Assembly: GCA_965250285.1 (NCBI GenBank)
Contig: OZ252299.1
Coordinates: 595,825-659,824 of the forward strand
From: Myxococcota bacterium
GTDB taxonomy: Bacteria; Myxococcota_A; UBA9160; UBA4427
DNA length: 64,000 bases
Direction: 5' to 3'
Numbering within the stretch: the first letter of the stretch is position 1; each line of letters opens with the position of its first letter. Positions 38,122 through 47,427 of the stretch are shown here, in pieces. The position numbers and the translations under genes were made by a program. The notes beneath the pieces were generated by a model. That model did not search any database. It was not told the origin of the DNA and worked only from the letters and a program-made list of their open reading frames with translations.

Positions 38122-40074
38122 TCAGGCCGCGCCGCGCGACTGCAGCTCGGTGAAGCGCCGGTAGCGGCCATCGGGCAGGGCCATCAGCGCCTCGTGCGAG
38201 CCGCGCTCGACGATCCGGCCGTCGTCGATGAAGCAGATCTCGTCGGCCGCGCGGATCGTCGACAGTCGGTGCGCGATCACGACCACGAGCCGACCCGCGC
38301 GGGCGTGGTGCAGCGTCTCGACGAGCTGGGCCTCGGTGCGCGGATCGAGCGCCGATGTCGGCTCGTCGAGCACCAGGATCGAGGCATCGCGCACCAGCGC
38401 CCGCGCGATCGAGAGCCGCTGCTTCTGACCGACGCTCAGCTTGCCGCCGCGCTGCCCGAGCGGCGTGTCGATGCCCTGGGGCAGGCGTTCGACGAACTCG
38501 CTGGCGCCGGCGAGTCGCAGCGCGCGGGCGATCTCGATCGGCGTCGCGTCGGGCTTCGCGATGCGCATGTTGTCGGCGACCGTCCCGTCGAAGAGCTGCG
38601 TCTCTTGAAACACGAACGCGGTGCGCTCGCGCAGGCTGGCGAGGCTGAACTCGCGCGCGTCGACGCCGTCGATCGTCATGCGCCCTTCGGTGGGGGTGAG
38701 AAAACGCGGCAGCATCGACGCGACCGTCGTCTTGCCGGCGCCGGCCGGGCCGGCCAGCGCGATCATGCGGCCGACCGGAAAGTCGGCGTCGACGCCTTCG
38801 AGCGCCGGCGTGCCGTCGGGATACGCGTACGACACGCCCTCGAGCCGCACGCCCTCGCGCACGGCTTCGAGCGTGCGGGTGCCCGCGTCGTCGGCCTCGT
38901 TCGGGAGATCCATCAAGAAGAAGACGCGCTCGATGCCTGCGGCCGCCTCCTGCACCCGGAACCAGGTCATGCCGAGGATCACCGCGGGCGTCACGAGTCG
39001 GCCGTAGTAGACGATCAACAAGCTGAAGTCGCCGAGGGTGAGGGTCTTCGCGATCACGTCGTCGCAGATGCGAAAGAACGCCCAGACCCAGATCACCGCG
39101 ACCGGCACGATCGCCGCGATCAGCCCCGCGATCTGAAGCAGCAGCAGCCGCCGAAACTGACCGAACGACTCCCAGCTGTCGTCGTCGAAGCGCGTGCGTT
39201 GCCGATCCTCACCGCCGAGGCTCTGCACCGCGAGCATGTTCGAGATGCCCTCTTCGGTCGTGCTCGTGGTCTTCGAGCCGGCCTCGCGGCTCGCCTGGCT
39301 GCCTCGGCGTACCGAGGCGACGAGCGGCAGGCTGCCGAAGAACGCCGCCGGGATCATTGCGAGCGATGCGGCGAGCAGGTGGGGCTGGGGGCCGTAGGTG
39401 AGCCAGATGATCCAGGTGGTCAGCAGGATCACGAGCGGCGAGGTGACGGGTGTCAGAAGGATCCGATACGCGGCGTTCGTGATGGCCGGCGTGTCGTACA
39501 TGACGCGATAGACCGCGTCGCCGATGCGCTCGTCGGCGAAGGTCGTGATCGGCAGCTGCTGCACGCGCTCGAAGAGCTTCGACCGGTAGTAGTGGTTGAT
39601 CGCCTGGCTGAGCTTGAGGGTGAAGCGGAAGTCGACGAGACCGAGGAGCCCGCCCGCAAAACTCCAGCCCGAGTTCGCCTCGGCTTCGGTGCGGGTCGCC
39701 GTGTCGTGACCCTGCGCGAGGTTGGCTTCGGCCGAGTCGCTCTGGCCGCCGGCCGTGCCGAACGAGCCGGCGAGCAGGAAGAGCCCGAACTGCAGCGCGA
39801 CCAGCACCATCAGGATCTGGTAGGGGTCGCGCCCTTCGAGCACGTGGATCAGCGGCTGGATGAAGAACGGGTACGGACGCTCGGCGTCGGCGATCGGCTG
39901 CTTCAGCACGACGTTGTCGACGATCATCTTGACCGGCCACGGCACGATCAGCATCGGCAGCAGCGACAGCATGATGAACGCCGCCTTGATCGCGAAGCGG
40001 CCCGAGAAAGGGCGTACGTAGCGGGTGGCTTTGCGGACGATCTCGAGCCCGCTGAGCGGCTGGCCGGGGCTCAT
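38122..40074 (-). CDS. ABC exporter half-transporter (TMD+NBD), subunit 2
   Basis: Walker A GPAGAGKTT, LSVGQKQRLSIARA, ILVLDEPTS and IAHRLS; ATGA overlap with the upstream subunit. Confidence 0.92.
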   Translation of the reverse strand: MSPGQPLSGLEIVRKATRYVRPFSGRFAIKAAFIMLSLLPMLIVPWPVKMIVDNVVLKQPIADAERPYPFFIQPLIHVLEGRDPYQILMVLVALQFGLFLLAGSFGTAGGQSDSAEANLAQGHDTATRTEAEANSGWSFAGGLLGLVDFRFTLKLSQAINHYYRSKLFERVQQLPITTFADERIGDAVYRVMYDTPAITNAAYRILLTPVTSPLVILLTTWIIWLTYGPQPHLLAASLAMIPAAFFGSLPLVASVRRGSQASREAGSKTTSTTEEGISNMLAVQSLGGEDRQRTRFDDDSWESFGQFRRLLLLQIAGLIAAIVPVAVIWVWAFFRICDDVIAKTLTLGDFSLLIVYYGRLVTPAVILGMTWFRVQEAAAGIERVFFLMDLPNEADDAGTRTLEAVREGVRLEGVSYAYPDGTPALEGVDADFPVGRMIALAGPAGAGKTTVASMLPRFLTPTEGRMTIDGVDAREFSLASLRERTAFVFQETQLFDGTVADNMRIAKPDATPIEIARALRLAGASEFVERLPQGIDTPLGQRGGKLSVGQKQRLSIARALVRDASILVLDEPTSALDPRTEAQLVETLHHARAGRLVVVIAHRLSTIRAADEICFIDDGRIVERGSHEALMALPDGRYRRFTELQSRGAA

Positions 40075-42125
40075 CCCGCACCGCCTTCCGCCGTGAAGGC
40101 AGGGGCCTCGCCGCGGTCTGCGGCGTCGAGGCCGGCGAGCTCGGTCTCGACGAGCTCGCGGTAGGCACCCCCTGGCTTCGCCATCAGCTCGTCGTGCGAG
40201 CCGAGCTCTTCGATGCGACCGCCGCGCAGGAAGGCGATCTGGTCGGCCTGGCGGATCGTCGAGAGCCGGTGCGTGATCAAGAAGATCGCGCGGCCCTCGC
40301 CCCAAGCCTGCAGGTTGCGCATGACGTTCAGCTCGGTCGACGCGTCGAGGCTGGCGGTCGGCTCGTCGAGCACGAGGATCGGCGTGTCTTTCAGTACGGC
40401 CCGCGCGATCGACAGCCGCTGGCGCTGCCCGGTCGACAAGCGCGACCCGCGCTCGCCGAGCGGCGTGTCGTAGCCCTCGGGCAGGCGCGTGATGAAGTCG
40501 TCGGCGCTCGCGACGCGCGCCGCCTCGCGCACCGCCTCGTCGTCGGCCCCGGGCACCGCGAAGCGGATGTTCTCGCGGATCGTCTCGCCGAACAGGATGT
40601 TCTCCTGCAGCGCGATCGAGATCGAGCTGCGCAGCGACTCGACGGTGTAGGCAGCGAGCGGCTCGCCGTCGATCGAGATGCGTCCTGCGTCGGGGTCGAA
40701 GAGGCGCAGCAGCAGCGCCATCAGCGTGCTCTTCCCCGAGCCGGTCGGGCCGACGATCGCCGTGATCGTGCCGACGCCCGCTTCGAGGTCGACACCGGTC
40801 AGCACGGGCCGATCGGCGCCGTAGGCGAATTGAACCGCCTCGAAGCGGATCGCGTCTTGCACGCCTGGGAGCGGGCGGGCATCGGGCGCGTCTTCGACCT
40901 CGGGCTCGAGGTCGAGCACCTCGAAGACCCGGTCGAGGCCGATGGCCACGTCCTGCAGTCGACCCCACATGCGGAACAGGTCGCGGCCCCCGCCCGTCAT
41001 GTCACCGGTGCGGTCCTTGAAGACGTTGAAGAGACCGATGGTCCAGCCGAGCGTGGTGATGCCGAGCGCGGCGAAGAGGCGGCCGCTGGTGCTCGACGGG
41101 TCGGACGCATCGAGCCACTGGGTGATCACGAGCGGCAGCTGGTCGCGCGCCGCCATGGCGGCCACCGCCATGGCGAAGATGCCGGCGCCGCCCATCAGCC
41201 AGAAGAGCAACACCTGGTAGATCGCGAAGCGGTTGCGGGCGACGAACGCCTCGTCGAATGCCGCGCGACTCGCCGTCTCGAAGCGTGTCTGGTGATTCGC
41301 CTCGGCGCCGTAGGCCTTGATCACCTGGATCCCCGCCAGGGTTTCCTGGATGCGCGAGGTCAGGTGGCTGTTCGTCTCGCGCGCACGGCGGAAGCCGACG
41401 CGCATCGGCTGCGCGTAGTAGCCGGCGATCACGAAGAGCACGGGCGCGATCAGGGCGAAGAAGAGCGCGGCCTCGAGGCTGAACGCCGCGAGGATCGCCG
41501 CCGTGAAGAGGATCCGGCCCGTGTGCCAGAGGGGCTCGATGAAGAGCACCTGCACCAGCTGCGTGACCATCGCGCTGTCCTGGTACATGCGATAGATCGC
41601 GTCGCCGACCGGGTTGTCCGAGTGAAAGCGCAGCGACAGCGCCTGAAAGCGGTCGAGCAGCTGCACGCGCAGCACCTGATTGATGCGCTGGAGGATCCAC
41701 GTCTGGTAGTAGATCAGGCCGACCACGATCGGCGCCATCGCGATGCCGAGCCCGACGCTCCACGCCACCACCCACCGAACGATCTCGCGCTGCACTTCGG
41801 GAGCGAGCTTGTCGACGTCGACGGCGACGTCGGGCGCGTAGCCGAGGAGCGACGCGAGGCCGGGGTCGAGGGGCTCGCCGAGCAGGCCGCGGGTCCAGAA
41901 CGTGTCGACCAGGATCACCGAGATCGGAAACGAGATCGTGACCAGCACGATGAAGCTCACGATCAGCTGGATGATGTGGCGGCGAACGGGCCGCAGCAGC
42001 GCGACGCAGCGCCAGAGCAGCGTGACGATCAGACGAAACGACAGCCGATCCTGGCGGGTGCCTTCACCGAGTCGCGAGAGCGTGGCGAGCGGCGAGTCGG
42101 GGGCGGGTTCGGGCGGCGACGACAT
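40071..42125 (-). CDS. ABC exporter half-transporter (TMD+NBD), subunit 1
   Basis: Walker A GPTGSGKST, LSTGQRQRLSIARA, ILVLDEPTA and ITHRLS. Confidence 0.92.
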   Translation of the reverse strand: MSSPPEPAPDSPLATLSRLGEGTRQDRLSFRLIVTLLWRCVALLRPVRRHIIQLIVSFIVLVTISFPISVILVDTFWTRGLLGEPLDPGLASLLGYAPDVAVDVDKLAPEVQREIVRWVVAWSVGLGIAMAPIVVGLIYYQTWILQRINQVLRVQLLDRFQALSLRFHSDNPVGDAIYRMYQDSAMVTQLVQVLFIEPLWHTGRILFTAAILAAFSLEAALFFALIAPVLFVIAGYYAQPMRVGFRRARETNSHLTSRIQETLAGIQVIKAYGAEANHQTRFETASRAAFDEAFVARNRFAIYQVLLFWLMGGAGIFAMAVAAMAARDQLPLVITQWLDASDPSSTSGRLFAALGITTLGWTIGLFNVFKDRTGDMTGGGRDLFRMWGRLQDVAIGLDRVFEVLDLEPEVEDAPDARPLPGVQDAIRFEAVQFAYGADRPVLTGVDLEAGVGTITAIVGPTGSGKSTLMALLLRLFDPDAGRISIDGEPLAAYTVESLRSSISIALQENILFGETIRENIRFAVPGADDEAVREAARVASADDFITRLPEGYDTPLGERGSRLSTGQRQRLSIARAVLKDTPILVLDEPTASLDASTELNVMRNLQAWGEGRAIFLITHRLSTIRQADQIAFLRGGRIEELGSHDELMAKPGGAYRELVETELAGLDAADRGEAPAFTAEGGAG

Positions 42126-42369
42126 GGACAGACGCGATCACTCCCTCACGGCGACGCGGGCGCAGACCTCCAAAGGGGCCGTCGACGACGGTCGGTCGGA
42201 CGAAGTCGAGAGCATCGCCCACGCGGCAGGGGGCGCCAATCGCTCGTGGGGCCGCGGCTGCACCCGTGTCCAGATCCAGCCCGCACATGCAGCGACCCCA
42301 CGCGCATCGGCGCGCGGCGTGTCGTCGACGCAAGGTCGTCTCGTGAAAGCGCGCCTGGGGCTTCTCGGC

Positions 42370-42954
42370 TCAGAGTCGAACGCGCTGGGGCGAACGCTTG
42401 GCGAAGCTCGATCGCAGGATCGCGCCGAGCAGCATGCCCGAAGCGAAGATCAAGGCACCGGTGATCCACTCGGGGTATCGGGCACCGGCCTTGAGCTCCA
42501 TGTTCTCGAGCGTCAGCGCCTTGATGCGCGCCTCCTGCTCGCCGTCCTGGGTCGACAGCACTTCGTTCGTTGCGCCGAGCTCGTCGGCCTGCTGCGACAC
42601 CTTGGCGAGCTTCTGCTCGAGATCGGCCGCGTGCACCTCGAGCTCGGCGAGTCGGATGCCGGGCGGCGGCTTGGCCAGCAGATAGCCTTCGGGGATCCAG
42701 CCTTCGGCGCCGGTCTCGTTGACGCGAACCTGGGTCCAACCTTCGCCGCGCTTCAGCACACGCACGGCGTCGCCGGTCTTGATCACGCCGACGATGCGGT
42801 TCTTGGTCGACGGTCCGGTGCGCACGTTGATCCGGATCTCGTCGCGCACCCAGCCCGTCTCGGCGCGCGCTTCGGGCGTCGCGGCGACGAAGCCGAAGAG
42901 CAGACAAGCCAGGACGCCCACGAGTGCGGCCCGGCGAGGCATTCGATCGAACAT
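42370..42954 (-). CDS. SH3-domain protein (TIGR04211/YgiM-like)
   Basis: Signal peptide; WVRDEIRINVRTGPS...EGWIP; coiled coil; C-terminal TM (WITGALIFASGMLLGAIL). Confidence 0.85.
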   Translation of the reverse strand: MFDRMPRRAALVGVLACLLFGFVAATPEARAETGWVRDEIRINVRTGPSTKNRIVGVIKTGDAVRVLKRGEGWTQVRVNETGAEGWIPEGYLLAKPPPGIRLAELEVHAADLEQKLAKVSQQADELGATNEVLSTQDGEQEARIKALTLENMELKAGARYPEWITGALIFASGMLLGAILRSSFAKRSPQRVRL

Positions 42955-43236
42955 TCCCCCTCCCGAGGTGTGGAGCCGGCGGCTCCCCGGCGCGCGGGGT
43001 GCGCCGCGGCGCCGATGGTACGCAATGCCAGCGGGCGCGACACGCACTGGAGGGGGGCAGGGCGCGTTCTGCGCGGCACAGCGCGGCCGCCGGACGTCAT
43101 GCATCGACGATTCGGCGGGTTCTGGCTGTGATCCAGGCCCCAAATTCGGGTCGTCCACCCACGGTTCGGCCCGGATCGAATGGGATAACGTCTCGCCGCG
43201 CGGCCAGGCGCCCACGCAGCGCCAGGGGGAGGGCCC

Positions 43237-44787
43237 ATGTCAGCGTCAGCGCGCGTCGCGATCGTGCTCGCGATCCTTCTACTTCTACCCATCGTATTCG
43301 GGCCGATCGTCGTCGGTGTGCTGATCGAGCGGGGCCTCGACCGGGTGCGTGCGTCGGGGGCCACGCCCGGCGTCGACATCGAGTTCGAGCGCGGTCTCTA
43401 CACCTCGCGGGCCCGCACGAGCCTGGCAGTCGACCGGACAGACGGCACGGCAGGCGCCATCACGCTCGATCACGTGATCGTGCATGGACCCATCCCACTC
43501 GCCGCGCCGGCGATCGGGCGCTCGCCCCTCGATCTCGTCGTCGTGCTGGTCGATTCGAAGCTCGCGCCCGACCTCGAGATGATGCCGGGCGTCGAGCAGG
43601 CCCTCGACGGCGAGGCCCTCGCGACCGCCTTCACGCGGGTCGGGCCTCGAGGCGACGTCGAATCGAAGATCGTGTCGCCGGCTTTCGAGCTGGCCGGCGG
43701 CCGCTTCGTCTGGGCGGGGCTCGAAGGCCGGATCGAGCTGGTCGACGACATGACCCGCGTCTCGGGCGACGTGACGGTCGAGGGCCTGCGCATCGCCGAC
43801 GATCAGGTGTCGCTCGCCATGCAGCCGGGCACCGCCCGGTTCGACGCCGATCTGAGGGGGCAGCGGCTCGAGGCCCAGATCGAGCAGCAGGGCACCGAGT
43901 GGGTCTTCGGCGATCAGCGCTTCTCGAGCGGCGCCGTGCGCATCGAGGCCGATCAACCGCTCGGAGGCGACCTGCTCGGCGACGCGACCTCGACCTGGAC
44001 GATCGAGCGCATTGCGGGCGCGGGCAGCCTCGGCGAAGGCGACTTCGAGATGAGCGGGATCGAGATCGAGCAGGTCGTCGAGCGCAATTTCGACTCGGGG
44101 CTGCACCGGGGTGAGCTCGGGCTCGCCTTCGAGACGTGGCGTGTCGGCGACGATCCGGTCGAGGGGCCGGGCGGGCTGCGAATGCACGTCGCGCGCATCG
44201 ATCGCGCCGCCGTCCAGCGTTTTCAGGCGGCGCTGCAGGAGCTCGAGGAGAGCGGTGCGCCCCCCGATCAGATCGAGGCGATGCGTCCGTTCGTCGTGAT
44301 GGAGCACCTGCCGGCGCTGCTCGCGAGCTCGCCCGCGCTCGATGTGCGCGACGCCTTCGTCGACGCGCCCGACGGGCGCGCCGAGGCGACCTTCCATCTG
44401 ACCGTCGACGGCAGCGAGCCCGAGCTGCTCACCGATCCGTTCATGATGATGAGCCTGATCGAGGCGCACGCGTCGGTCGAAGGGACCGACCCGTTGCTGC
44501 GCCGCCTCGCAGACCGAATGCTGCCCGCGCTCTACGCCGCGCCGCCGGTCGCCCCGCAAGCCGATTCGGGGCTCGTCGTGTCGAACCCCGATGCCGCCGA
44601 TCCGGGCGCGGGCGAAGTCCCGCTGGGCGAGGCGATCGACCGCGTCGACGTGTGGCTCGAGGACGGCACGCTCGTCCAGGAAGGCGAGCGGCTGACCTTC
44701 GAGGCGCGCTTCGAGAACGGGATGCCGATGCTGAACGGCCAACCCGCCGACCCCGAGCTGATCACGAACCTGATGCCCGGGATGTAG
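43237..44787 (+). CDS. YdgA/DUF945 family protein
   Basis: N-terminal anchor; FERGLYTSRART, LDHVIVHGPIP; C-terminal MPMLNGQP. Confidence 0.75.
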   Translation: MSASARVAIVLAILLLLPIVFGPIVVGVLIERGLDRVRASGATPGVDIEFERGLYTSRARTSLAVDRTDGTAGAITLDHVIVHGPIPLAAPAIGRSPLDLVVVLVDSKLAPDLEMMPGVEQALDGEALATAFTRVGPRGDVESKIVSPAFELAGGRFVWAGLEGRIELVDDMTRVSGDVTVEGLRIADDQVSLAMQPGTARFDADLRGQRLEAQIEQQGTEWVFGDQRFSSGAVRIEADQPLGGDLLGDATSTWTIERIAGAGSLGEGDFEMSGIEIEQVVERNFDSGLHRGELGLAFETWRVGDDPVEGPGGLRMHVARIDRAAVQRFQAALQELEESGAPPDQIEAMRPFVVMEHLPALLASSPALDVRDAFVDAPDGRAEATFHLTVDGSEPELLTDPFMMMSLIEAHASVEGTDPLLRRLADRMLPALYAAPPVAPQADSGLVVSNPDAADPGAGEVPLGEAIDRVDVWLEDGTLVQEGERLTFEARFENGMPMLNGQPADPELITNLMPGM

Positions 44788-44795
44788 CCGCCGAC

Positions 44796-47054
44796 TTGGA
44801 TCCCGATCGCCGAAAGAGAACGCGTGCGCGCCTTGGGGTCGCGTGGCTTGGGCCCCTGCTCGTGTGGGCCGGGCTCGTGACGGCGCTGGCCGCCCAGGCC
44901 GAAGAGGCTGCGCCGATCTTCGCCGGCGAAGAGGCGATCCCGGGCGACCCGGTGACGCCGGCGACCGAGAGCGCCCCTGACGCGTCCGCACCGGCCGGGA
45001 CCGGAGGATCGACCGACGCCCAGCCGGCGGTCGGCGGCGCCTCGCGCGACTCGGTCGAGGAGCTGGTGGTGCGGGCGCGCCGCCCCGACGCCGATCTGCT
45101 CGAGGTGCCCCGGGCGATCAGCGAGCTCGGCATCGAAGACATCCAGGAGGGGCGGCTGCAGCTGACCCTCGCCGAATCGCTCGCGCTCGTGCCTGGGGTC
45201 TTCGTTCAGAACCGCTCGAACTTCGCCCAGGACAACCGAATCTCGATCCGCGGGTTCGGCGCCCGGGCCAACTTCGGCCTGCGCGGCATCCGGCTCTACG
45301 TCGATGGCGTGCCTCAGACGCTGCCCGACGGTCAGGGCCAGGTCGACTCGCTGTCGCTGCCCACCGTCGGGCGCATCGAGGTGCTGCGCGGCCCCGACTC
45401 GACGCTCTTCGGGCCGGCGGCCGGCGGCGTGATCCTCGTCGAGACCGAGCGCCCCGGTCCGGTGCCGACGGTGTCGGGGCGCGCAGCCTACGGCAGCTAT
45501 GGCTACCAGAGCTATGACGGCAAGGCGGCTGCCTCGACTGATCGACACGACATCGTGGTCGGCGTCGCGCACCAGCGCCTCGACGGCTACCGCGACCACG
45601 CCGAGATGAAGAGCACCCAGGGCGTGCTGAAGTCGATCTTCGCGCTCACCGAGCAGACCGAACTGATCACGACGGTGCAGGCCGTGAACGCGCCGGAAGC
45701 GAACGATCCGGGGGGGCTGACCGCAGGAGCCGTCGCCCAGGATCCCACGCAGGCTTGGCAACGCAACGTCGAACTCGACGCGGGTGAATCGGTGAACCAA
45801 GCCACCGGTGGCCTGGGCGTGCGCCATACGTGGAACGAAGAACATGAGACCACGTTGCGCGGCTTCTACACCTGGCGGGCGTTCGACGGCCGATTGCCGG
45901 TCGAGAATCGCGGGCAGATCGATCTCGACCGGAACTTCGGCGGCGGGTCGCTGCTGCACGTGTGGCGCGGCGATCTCCTCTCCTTTCCACATCGACTCGT
46001 CGCCGGCGTCGAGGGCTCGGCCCAGCGCGATCATCGCCGCCGCTACGACAATCTCGACGGGGGGGAGCGCGGGCCGATTCGCCTCGACCAGGACGAAGAC
46101 GTCTCACTGATCCGCGCGTTCGCAGCCGACGAGCTGTCGCTGCCGGCCGACCTCACGCTGTCGGTGGGGGTCAGCTACGACCACCTCTTCTACGCGGTCG
46201 ACGACCGCTTGATGCCCGGTGGCAACGACGGCTCGGGCCAGCGCGACTTCGGTCGCGCCAGCCCGATGGCGGCGCTCGGGTGGTCGCCGACGCGCTGGAC
46301 AAACCCGTACTTTCGCTTCTCGACCTCGTTCGAGCCGCCCACGACGACCGAGCTGATCGATCAGTCGGGCAGCGGCTTCAATCCGGGTGTCGAAGCGCAG
46401 CGTTCGAACAGCTGGGAGCTGGGCGTGAAGGGGGCCGGCGACGTCAAGGGGCTCGGCCTGCCGATCGCGGTGCGCTACGAGCTGACCGGCTACCACATCG
46501 AGACGCGCGACGAGCTGATCCCCCAGGATACGAACGGGGTCACCTTCTATACCAACGCCGGGCGCACACGACGCTCGGGCCTCGAGACGCTGCTCGGCAT
46601 CGAGCTGGTCGAGGGCCTCGAGTCTCGATTCGCGTATGCCTACGGTGTGTCGAAGTTCGTCGAGTACGTCGAGGGCGGGAACGACCTCGCCGGCAACCGG
46701 ATCCCCGGTATCCCCGACCACGTCTTCACCTTCACGCTGCAGTACCAGCACCGTTCGGGGCTCTGGGGCGCCTGGGAGACGCGGGTCGTGAGCGCGATCC
46801 CCGTCGACGACGCGAATACGGCCGAGGCGGCGAAGTACGCCGTGCATGGCCTGCGGATCGGCTGGACCGGCCGGCTGCCCGGGCCCTTTCGCCAGCTCGC
46901 GTTCGCGCCCTACGTCGGCATCGAGAACCTGACCGACGCACGTTTCATCGACAACGTGCGCATCAATGCGTTCGGTGGCCGCTACTTCGAGCCGGCGCCG
47001 GCGCTCGCGGCGCAGTTCGGCGGTCGCCTCACCTATTTCTTCGGCGAAGAGTAG
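44796..47054 (+). CDS. TonB-dependent receptor, YncD/PqqU-like
   Basis: Plug NRSNFAQDNRISIRGFGARANFGLRGIRLYVDGVPQTLPDGQGQ; C-terminal YFEPAP...LTYFF. Start approximate (TTG 44796). Confidence 0.88.
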   Translation: MDPDRRKRTRARLGVAWLGPLLVWAGLVTALAAQAEEAAPIFAGEEAIPGDPVTPATESAPDASAPAGTGGSTDAQPAVGGASRDSVEELVVRARRPDADLLEVPRAISELGIEDIQEGRLQLTLAESLALVPGVFVQNRSNFAQDNRISIRGFGARANFGLRGIRLYVDGVPQTLPDGQGQVDSLSLPTVGRIEVLRGPDSTLFGPAAGGVILVETERPGPVPTVSGRAAYGSYGYQSYDGKAAASTDRHDIVVGVAHQRLDGYRDHAEMKSTQGVLKSIFALTEQTELITTVQAVNAPEANDPGGLTAGAVAQDPTQAWQRNVELDAGESVNQATGGLGVRHTWNEEHETTLRGFYTWRAFDGRLPVENRGQIDLDRNFGGGSLLHVWRGDLLSFPHRLVAGVEGSAQRDHRRRYDNLDGGERGPIRLDQDEDVSLIRAFAADELSLPADLTLSVGVSYDHLFYAVDDRLMPGGNDGSGQRDFGRASPMAALGWSPTRWTNPYFRFSTSFEPPTTTELIDQSGSGFNPGVEAQRSNSWELGVKGAGDVKGLGLPIAVRYELTGYHIETRDELIPQDTNGVTFYTNAGRTRRSGLETLLGIELVEGLESRFAYAYGVSKFVEYVEGGNDLAGNRIPGIPDHVFTFTLQYQHRSGLWGAWETRVVSAIPVDDANTAEAAKYAVHGLRIGWTGRLPGPFRQLAFAPYVGIENLTDARFIDNVRINAFGGRYFEPAPALAAQFGGRLTYFFGEE

Positions 47055-47126
47055 GCGGGCCGCGACGCGGCTCGGCGCTTCGGCGCGCTAGCATCGAGCG
47101 GAGCCCGAAGTAAGCCAGGAGGTGAC

Positions 47127-47360
47127 ATGGCCACCGACCCGCTCGTCGTGATCGAAACGTATTCAGACGAATCCTTTGCCGAGGCCGCGGTCTCGCTGCT
47201 TGCCGCCGAGGGGATCGAAGCGCAGATCGCGAGCGACGACGCCGGTCATGCGCTGCCCAACCTCGACTTCGCGAAGGGCGTGCGTGTCCTCGTCGCGCCG
47301 AGCGACGCCGACCGGGCGAAGGCCTTGATCGAGACGGCGGGGGACGCCCCCGAAGCCTGA
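47127..47360 (+). CDS. DUF2007-like small protein
   Basis: EAAVSLLAAEGIEA...GVRVLVAPSDADRAKALI; RBS GGAGGT. Confidence 0.75.
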   Translation: MATDPLVVIETYSDESFAEAAVSLLAAEGIEAQIASDDAGHALPNLDFAKGVRVLVAPSDADRAKALIETAGDAPEA

Positions 47361-47427
47361 GCGTCGGCGCCAGCCATGTGGCCTGCGCGCGGGCGCGAGC
47401 GGCCAGCCATCCCAGCGGAGGCCTCCC

